NCBI RefSeq assembly: GCF_002105155.1
Contig: NW_019029018.1
Coordinates: 372,001-401,939 of the forward strand
Length of the DNA: 29,939 nucleotides
DNA from: Lobosporangium transversale
Lineage: Eukaryota
Direction of reading: 5' to 3'
This document shows positions 21,210-29,939 of the stretch, piece by piece (the first letter of the stretch is position 1; each line of letters begins with the position of its first letter). Under the pieces are notes generated by a model that was not told the origin of the DNA, searched no databases, and was given only the letters and a program-made list of their open reading frames with translations. The position numbers were made by a program, and so were the translations under genes.

Positions 21210-23989
21210 ATGCTCGTGTCAGCGTCAACGTTCATGTCTTGAAAGAAATGGCTATAATCCACATGAGGATGTAATAAACAAATAAAACAAAAAGCTTACA
21301 GCCTTGTTAGAGCAGGTGATCCAGTCATGGTATTCTGGAGGAAAGCAAGATCGCCAATGGATTATTGTTGCTGGCATATTGCTCTGTTTGGTATTGCTTC
21401 CATGTTGAACTGTTGCTGCCAAACCATTACTGCCAAATCCATTGTTACCAATCCATTGCTCATGCTGCTATTCAAACCATTATTATTATTGAGGCCTTAT
21501 TTAATCACTCATGCCATTCGAATTGAAGGGTTGTCCGTCATGGCAGGCTTTTGAGCGAAAGACTGAATGGGTTATTGGATCCAATTGTAGGTGTTCCTGT
21601 CATTTGAGGGACATCAGCTGTTGTTGATATGGTTGTTTATCGAGTTCATAATGCCATCTGCTGCTGTTGCTGCATCTGTTGCTCACATCTGCTGGCGCAT
21701 TATTCTTGCTGTTGAAGTTGTTTGTTGCTGAAGCTGTGCTGTTGGAACTGAAGGTAGGGGTTGTTCTTCGTGGGTTGCTGTTGAAGGAAAGCATTGTTGT
21801 TGCTTGAAGCCATTCATGGAAGAGAAAGCATCAAGATTGTTCCCATTATTATTGTTTTGGCCGCCAAAGTCATTCCGAAAAGTCAAAATTGTTCTGTCAA
21901 CTGATTCGCTGGCCTAAATGCAATAACAAAAGGAGCAACATATAAGAGATCAATTACCGATGGTCCGCAGCGATTCATCTAGAAAATACCCAGACATGTT
22001 TCGCATTAGACTTTTTGCATACTTTGAATCTGCTTCCCAATCTTCTGTCAATGAAAGTTGGTTGTATTTTTCAACATTCTTTCGTCTGTCCTCCTCCTCC
22101 TTCATGCTCAGCTCAGTGCTTTTTGGATATCGTCTTCTTCACTGTTTCATTATATAGCGAAAAAAAAAAAAAAAAAAGAAATGTAAGTGATCGCATACAA
22201 GAGGAGAACTCGATTAGTTTACTAAATGTCCATTCGGACTTTGATAGCGATACCTTTTGCGCTGGCTGGATTCACGTGCGGTACGTTTGCTCTCCTCGAT
22301 CGCACGCTGCAGGTCACGATCATCATCGATAGCTCCAGGACGCTCATAGACAGGTGAATGATCGTCTCCATATGTCCTTCCGCTCATACGGTCACGCATA
22401 GCATTACGAGACCGTCGCTCTTCTTCAATCGAGCCTCATCAGAGAGTAGGGCTGTAATATCTTTGGCTTTCTGACGCACTATAGAGAGAATGACGATTAT
22501 TGATATATTATATATATATGCAATAATATGAAGAAGTATGAAATTAGAAAACTATTCATATATCCTAGCAGACCTTAGTTGATCTAAAGTAGGAGAGACG
22601 AGCTTAAAGTAGCTTGAGCGAACCTACTAAGCAGAAGCTGCTTCAGAGGCCCTATTATGCTCACTACATACCATTTGATCCTTGATCTTTTCCTTCTTCA
22701 TCGATATACTGGAACTCTTTAAGAGTCTTGACGATATAGATATTTTCACGGGCATATCGGACCACATTCTCAGATCCTGTATCACATTGATTGTAATTTA
22801 AGCATAAGACTCTAGTGTTAGTAAAACAATTGAACTTCTCGCACCACAGCCCATTTCCTCCGATCGATTTTAAAATAACTTAATTTTCCAAAGACTACAT
22901 ACCAACATGAAGTTAGATAGTCAAGAACAGTCAAGGCCTATAAACGGACGAAAAATGATACATGTGGATTAGATAAAGGTCAAAAGATATTAATTAGGCA
23001 ATCGAACTTGCAGCTAAATAGATTGATCAATTCGACTCCAAGTATTGCAGCAATAGCAACTGCTACTACTGCAGAAGCGTAGTATGGGCAGACATAATGT
23101 TACTTAGGTACTGGGAATGCTCATTGAATTTCGGTCACCCTTTTTTTTTTTGGGAGCTCTTTAGTCCCAGCTCTTCAATGCTCATAATCTTTGTCGTGAT
23201 CCATTCTTCCAATACATCCGCCTTTGCGCCTTTAGTTCCTGCTCTGTACGCCATGCTGTCTCCAAGTCCCGAGTCACTATTTAAAAAAAAGTTCCAGTAC
23301 GTGAGGAGAAAATAATTGACAAGGTTTTACCTTGAAAACATGTCGCCAATTTTTGCCTTTGTCATTCATGCGCTTATCCAAGATCTCCATAATCTCAAGA
23401 AAAGCCTGCCTGTAAAAGCATCACGATAATATATGTCAAGAGAAAAAAAATAAAAGAATAAAAAAAGTACATTGTTTTAGTTGGGTTGTCATGTGTTGTA
23501 ATTGCGTCAATTCCTACACATTGTAAAATCATTCATGTTTCATGAGAAAAGAAAAAATAAAACTTACTGATTAAAGGTTGCAGCAGCGAGTTCATTCATC
23601 TGTGTGCCACTTGGTCCCCAAGGGTCGTTTGAGGTTGCTTCTCGAACCTTGGCTTGCATGTCTGTATAGCCTTTGGAAAAGTTTTTTACTGCAAACAAAT
23701 GATTTTGATTCATGCCACAGGAGAAAAAAAAAAAAAAAAGAAAGAGAGAGTTTAATGCCTGGAAAGAGAAATGTGGTTCATAATGAACCAACCCCGTTTA
23801 CTGTTCATTCATATCCCAGGAGATAAACTAGAAAAAAAAAAAATGGCGGCAAAGTAGACAATGTAGAGAAAAAAAAGAAAAGAAAAAGAAAAGGCTTCCT
23901 AGCGGTGGATGGATATTACTACTTTGTGTAGGAGAGTCTTACATTGAGCGAAGTGTGCTCTTGGCGGCATATTTTGGAGTAGCCGACAT
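21210..23989 (-). CDS. ENT1: Epsin (ENTH domain, 2 UIMs, Q/N-rich NPF tail). Exons ~23989-23943, 23688-23568, 23409-23331, 22937-22903, 22776-22672, 22478-22254, 22141-22023, 21913-21300, 21251-? (3' end unresolved; frameshifted as given)
   Basis: MSATPKYAAKSTLRS / KNFSKGYTDMQAKVREATSNDPWGPSG / EIMEILDKRMNDKGKNWRHVFK / ALTVLDYL / GSENVVRYARENIYIVKTLKEFQYIDEEGKDQGSN / VRQKAKDITALLSDEARL. UIMs DDDRDLQRAIEESK and EEDDIQKAL[E]LSMKEEE; canonical GT-AG introns. ENT1 and ENT2 cannot be distinguished. Confidence 0.9.
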
Positions 23990-24014
23990 GGTTGTTGCTA
24001 TGTATAAATATGCT

Positions 24015-24082
24015 TGTGTGTGTGTGTGTGTGTGTGTGAAAATGTATGTGTATGAATGAATATGAATATGAATATGAATATG
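24015..24082. repeat. (TG)n and (AATATG)n microsatellites upstream of the epsin ATG
   Basis: Read directly. Confidence 0.85.
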
Positions 24083-24676
24083 TGGGTGAGTATGCGAATA
24101 CAGCTGTGTCAGTAAGTGTGAGAGAAAGAAAGTGAGGGAGAATGAAAGGAGAGCGAAGAAAAGGAATGGAATGGAATTGTCAATTCAAAAAGGAGTGAAA
24201 AAGAAACAAAAAAAAAAAAAAAAAGAAAAAGAAAAAGAGTGTCAAAGCAATAAAAGAAAGACTTTTAATCAAAGATAACCGCTATGTTGTGTTGCAGACT
24301 AGGACGAAGACTAAAAGGAAGGACTAGGGATGGCCTAAAAGGACTAGAAATCTTTTTTCTTTTTGCAAGTGACCTCATGAGTGATGGGATTGGTTGGAGA
24401 AGATGATTGTTTGTTACGCGCGCTCTTTTTTACTTGTATGACAGACAACCTTTTTCTTTTTGACTCTTCTCTTTTTCTTTCCATCTTTCTTGCACTTCTA
24501 TTTTCCGCTTTGTGTTCCCCCCCCTCCCCATTCTGGCATCCCCCACATCTTCATTTCATAGCCTTTTCGTCTTTGCACTCATGGCCATCGCTTAGATAAA
24601 TAAACAAGAAAAAATAATTAAAATAAAGAGGCGCCCCAACATCAAAAAAACAATGCTTTCCCTCTATAAATGTGAG

Positions 24677-24716
<40 letters not shown>

Positions 24717-26282
24717 TCCCTTGCAGGCAGACATTAATATTTTTTTTTTTTAAAAAAACTCTCTCACCCAGGCACAAAGTTTTTGATTTAATGATAATGT
24801 TGACGTGAGAGAGTGGGAGAGATGAAACCTGTTGTTCTAATTGGACAGATGAATGCAAAGACTCTGATTGAGTTTCTACACACATTTATTACACATGTAT
24901 CTATGAAACATGTAAAACCCTTTTTGCAATAAATATATATATATATATCCGTTACCACTCCGGACACAATCATTTGACCACCTCCCAATAATGCTGAATC
25001 CGTTTGGTGGCTGATTTTTTGCCTTTTCATCCATCCATAACAAGCAAACTAACTGGCAACAAAGTGAACCAAAGCTATTTACAAGGAGAAGGCAGAAAGA
25101 ATGAAACGTGGAGCTTATCCAAAAGTCCAAAAAGATGAAGCAAATGGATCCTGCCAACGGAGCTGCGAAAGACGACATGACTATCCGGAACTATGCGTTA
25201 TAGAGCCGTGTCAAGATCAAAAAGTTATGACAGGCTTCCACAATAAATAGAGCCCTACACTCATGGCACAACGCCATTGCCTATCTTCTAATACAGGACT
25301 CATTTCGCTGTTGCTCTTGCTGTTCCCCGTCCACTCTACTAATGTTGAACAAGTGACATGATTGAATACTTGATTAAACTACCAATATATACTCTATGTA
25401 CATACATCCACCCTCGTTTCTTAAGATAAGCCTCATTTTCTATTGAACATTGATATATCGTTCCGATTTACAGAATGGAAAAATTAACATTGATGAACTA
25501 TGAAGCCTTATACTTGCTCAGCTTTGTTTCGGAGGGTTTTGGATCACTTGACTAGACCTGTCCATGCTTTGAAGACATAGTATTGATATGCACCAAAAGA
25601 AAAGAGAAGAATCTTTAAGGATCTGTTTTACTCACCTTGCCCTTCCTTTCAAGCCTTCGTTCTTAATTCACTGAAATAAGGCTTCTCGTTCTTTGTTAAT
25701 ATGATATATATACCAAGGTAAAGAGCGTGACCATTCTTTTTTACTTTTTAATTTCGAAAGCAGCGGAATATTTTTAGATCCCACAATTAATTTCTGTAAT
25801 GTACGACAATGTCCTGTTCTAGCTTAAAGAGCAGTCTCGTCTCATTTAAATAAACTATTCTCCCGTGGCCCTCAAAAGATCCCTATCAAAAAAGCACGCA
25901 TCATTGCCACGCTCAATTGATGGTCACATGACAATCATCGAATCTGAGTGCCAAGGTTGATCCGCTCTAAGCTTCAACCACTTTGCAAGATCGCAAATGA
26001 GTTTCTTAAAGAAGCACGCGACTCTGTCATTCAGTTGGCATCTGGGTTATCGTGCGCCGAAGGGAACTTATAGTCCTCTTGATTAACGTAAAAAAAAAAT
26101 CCATTCGATCTTTTTATTTTTTATTTTTCTTTATTCCTTTCTTTACCTTGTCCTTTTTATAATCTTTTTTTTTTTTTTTTTTTTTTTTTTATTCCTTTCT
26201 ATATGATTAATATAAATGTATACTTTGGATTGATGGATCTATTATTATTATTATTATTATTATTTCTTTTTTTGGTACTCTG

Positions 26283-27310
26283 TTAAGCGCGGCAACAGAC
26301 AGGAATGGGTATAGTCTTTTCAACAAGTTCTCCACATTCCAGAATCTCATCTACAAGCATTACAAGGTCCAGCTCCCGGATCGTCGGTGGGTTCAACACA
26401 ACACGGAAGAAAATGGGCAAATAACGCCCCAAGGGTGCATAATCAATCATGAACATCCCTCTAGTACGGATACGTGCATGAATGGCCTTAATCACCTTTT
26501 CCATCCATGCTCTAGCCTCCTCTCGCTCCTCAGGATCTGTCAAAATTAGACCATGGTCTACTGGTCTAGCAGAAGAAGAAGAAGTAGAAGGCTTTGGGTC
26601 GCTATCGATTCCTGCGTGGGCCGTTGATAATGAGGCTGATGAGGCTGATGACATTGAATCAGATGACGATAACGAGACAGCAGAGGAATTCGATGGTGAT
26701 GTCCTAGATGAGGAGTCATGATGTCCATAAAGTTGACCTGTAATACTGCTGTTGATTAAGGACGCCTCTGACTCTGCCTCTATGTCTGTCTCAACTGCAG
26801 GGGCAGTAAAATGTGGCAAAGCAGAGGAGATGTGTTGCTCCTGCTGTTGTTGCTCAGCTTCATTCTTCCAGAGGATCTCTGTACCTTGCCAATCAATGAG
26901 TCGACTACCTCGAGGTCGGTACCAAAAACAGACTTGCAACAGACTAGGTTGAGAGCTCTTTCCATTTTCATCTCCATCTCCAAGACGCAACATCTGAATC
27001 CTCTGTCCATGATAATCATCTTGAGTTAAAATCTCGATAAATCGCTTCACATTGGAAAGTGATTTCTCAACCCTGGCTTGATATCCAAGCTTGCCATAGT
27101 ACTTCCATCCCAAAAAGAATTTGATGGCATCTGACCGACGGCCACATCCTAAGGTTCCATCACCTAGATCGTGACTTTGATCATGAAAAAGATAGTTTGC
27201 TTTAAGCGCATTCGCACGTGGAAAGATGGATGAATCCTTAACAAGTAATAATGAACACTGTAGAGGTGTTTGAAGCATCTTGTGAGGGTTGATTGTAATC
27301 GAGTCAGCCT

Positions 27311-27342
<32 letters not shown>

Positions 27343-28551
27343 GATGAGAGATGGTTAGTTCATCCGTCTATGATAAAAAAACTTTTTTTTTTTTTTTTTT
27401 TTTTTTCTTAATTAAAATATAACCCTACCATTTCTGAGCCATCCAACAAAGTCTTTGCCAACTCGGGAACAAAAATGGTACAACCTCCCCATGATCCATC
27501 GACGTGTAACCAGCAGTTGTACTTTTTCGCAATTTCACCACAAGGGCGAATCGGATCGAATGCGCCCAAGACTGTTGTTCCTGCAGTGCAATTGATGAAG
27601 AAAGGTGTATGCCCCATTGCAATATGTTCTTGGATCAAGCGCTCTAAGTAATAAACCAGACAAATGAGGAAAGAAAAGAAAGGGAAGAGAAGAAGTGTAA
27701 GAAACAAAAACCACCTCACGAACAGGTAAAATGATTTACAAAAAAAAAAAAAAAAAAAAAAAAAACTCACCTAATTCTGAAGGAATCATCGCTCCAGTTG
27801 AATCACAGGGGACACAAGCAATGTTCTCTGAACCCAAGCCCATAATAACAGCTGATTTCTCCAACGAATAATGCCCTGCACTACTTGTGAAGGCAATTAG
27901 TTTCCCATAGGTCGATGTTGATGATGTTGGTGATATTAAGGACAAGGTAGATGGTTCAGCTAGGGTGATTCCTAATTGTCTCTCCAATTCACGCCGTTCC
28001 TGAACAGACCATCGAGGAAAATACCCTCTTTTTTTAATTTCCGGAAACAATACGTTCCTGGCTGTGACCATTGCTAATTGATTACTGGCACTCCCACCGG
28101 GACATGAAAGTCCGCCTGCTAAGGGTCCCGTGAATCCAAAGAGACGAGCAAGGGCTCGAGTAACGTGGATCTCCATCATTGTGAAAACAGGTGAAACATG
28201 ATACACATGAGAGTTCCCGTTCAACCCTGAAAGGAGAAGTTCGGACATGACTCCAATGGGAGAAGAACCTGCATAGAGCTTATCCATGAACCGAGGTGAG
28301 AACGTATTGACGCTGTGCTTCAATGTTTGTGTGATCGTTGGAAAGATTCCTAGAAAAAAAAGGATCTCAGGGAACATTTGTTAATTGAGGTTCCATGTCT
28401 GTTACACACACATACATTACCCCTGTTTATTTATTTTTTCTTACCTTGAGATCCTACACCATGATCCGGCAATGAAAAGTCCATGATCCGCTCCAACTCT
28501 TCAGGCTCTTTGTAATCGACCAACAGACCATCACTCGCCCTGCTTTGGTCC

Positions 28552-28589
<38 letters not shown>

Positions 28590-28859
28590 TGACATTTGTC
28601 AGATTGATAGGGACAGATTGTCAAGGACAGATCAGATCGATCGAAGGAGGAAATTTTTTATTTTCGGATTGTCCAAATTTGAAAACATTAGCCATGCGCG
28701 GTGGAAATTAACGTGAGTCAACCGAATAAGATAAACAAAGTGACAGAATAAAGAAGGGGAAAGTTTTACAACTTGAATCTTACATTCCACTAGGAGATCT
28801 TTCATTCGAGTAATGAGAAAGTCAAGCTCCTTGGCATCTTCACACAACTCGGCTGGCAT
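26283..28859 (-). CDS. Group II PLP-dependent decarboxylase (glutamate/cysteine-sulfinate decarboxylase-like), 668 aa; join(28859..28784,28555..28445,28349..27771,27643..27429,27308..26283)
   Basis: All four GT-AG introns keep the frame (2007 nt). Motifs PGGSASN, HYSLEKSA, TAGTTVLGAFDP, WLHVDGSWGG, DSITINPHK (PLP lysine), QVCFWY and FFRVV. Confidence 0.92.
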
Positions 28860-29550
28860 GTCTTTTTTTTTTTTTTTTTTAACTTTGAAGGAGAATGTGA
28901 GATCTGAATGAGTAAAGCAACACAATTAACTTTTAGAAAAAAAAAAAAAAAAAAAAAAAAAAGAAAAGAAAAGTGAAAGATAAAAAGAAAGGTGGAGCAG
29001 TTTGTGAGAAAGGAAAGAGAAAAAAAAGAGAGGAGAGAGAGAGAGAGAGAGTGGAGAACATCCCCATTTTTAAAAAAGAGATCGCTACTTTTACTATAAC
29101 TAGCAGCGGAGAACAACAGTAGCAACCTTGTCTACGTGGACATGATTGTATTATACACAACGGTGTATGTTTCCTATTTTCCTGTCCAAGTTGACTTCCA
29201 TTGCAATGAGGGATTCTCAGTCACCCAAACCAACAAACAAAAAAAAAAAAAAAAAAAAAAAAATCATTGTCCATCCAATAGGGAATCAGCCCATTATTTA
29301 TTTTTTTTTTTTTTTTTTTTTTTTTTTCATTTTGGCAATCTTACGATACCCGCCCAAAAAAACATTCGGCTTTGCTTTGCCCAATAAGAAAATAAAAAAA
29401 TAAGCCAAGCAGTGGTCGGTTTAATAGTCTGTTAACATGTATTGTTTATTTTATACAAGACTAAACATCGGCTAGAGATCAAGTAAACAAAACGTCGTAA
29501 AGTCTACGCAAACTTCATCATTCGATCATATTTTTTTCCTCTTCCCTTTT

Positions 29551-29939
29551 TTAGAGACGAACAATAGCTGCTACGCCTCCTTCCGATCCCACAGCCTCGG
29601 CTTCCTTCTTGAACCAGTACTCCTCACAATCATCCTTTCCAACCCCGGACTCGTTTGTGATCGTCAAGAAGGTCACTGGCCGATCCGTCACAATCATAGG
29701 GTGATGCCATTACATTCGGCTTATAATTCACTCCTTGGCTGTTCTTGACCGTAAAGGCCTTCAAGGTCGTCAAATCAGGTATCCTTCCCTCGGATCCCTC
29801 TTGATCTTTTGCCACCACCACTACAAATCCACCATTACCATCTCCACCCATCGGAACAAACATCTGAGATGAATAGGATGTCTCTCTAGCAATCGCACCC
29901 AATCTCCTGGGTTTCAATGGGCTTGTAACATTGGAAGAT
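29551..29939 (-). CDS. DAL3: Ureidoglycolate lyase (Dal3/AllA family), 3' part; runs off the right edge
   Basis: Correcting three 1-bp indels (~29899, ~29875, ~29710) gives IFQCYKPIETQEIG[V]RLLERHP[Y]SSQMFVPMG...VVVVAKD...PDLTTLKAF...QGVNYKPNVWHHPMI...DDCEEYWF...IVRL*, with the family ERHP and QGVNY/WHHP motifs. Confidence 0.85.

Noticed and set aside
24100..26280. Gene or structured RNA (tRNA/snoRNA) between epsin and the decarboxylase
   Set aside because: Only short ORFs without motifs; no cloverleaf or convincing box pattern seen by eye.

Overview
Eukaryotic fungal DNA with GT-AG introns and long poly-A/T tracts. The gene families suggest Mortierellaceae/Mucoromycota (inference). There are three zones. 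(1) An accessory-like left block (1-12.2 kb) holds a decayed paralog and an intact ~1026-aa 28-residue-LRR gene, a PIF/Harbinger remnant (truncated transposase, intact Myb/SANT-like ORF), and two tandem F-box/LRR paralogs. One paralog ends in an RNA-Pol-II-CTD-like YSPS tail bracketed by a 9-bp direct repeat; the other is a pseudogene. (2) A gene-free ~8.1-kb structure has two near-identical ~3.1-kb inverted arms (~13050-16192 and 18044-~21166) around a unique 1851-bp spacer. Each arm carries tandem-repeat modules and an outward-facing intron. It is a candidate inverted-repeat centromere, foldback element or invertible segment, or possibly an assembly artefact. (3) A core block holds minus-strand housekeeping genes: epsin, a group II PLP decarboxylase (GAD/CSAD-like) and the 3' end of ureidoglycolate lyase. 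Epsin and the lyase carry several single-base indels that look like long-read errors.
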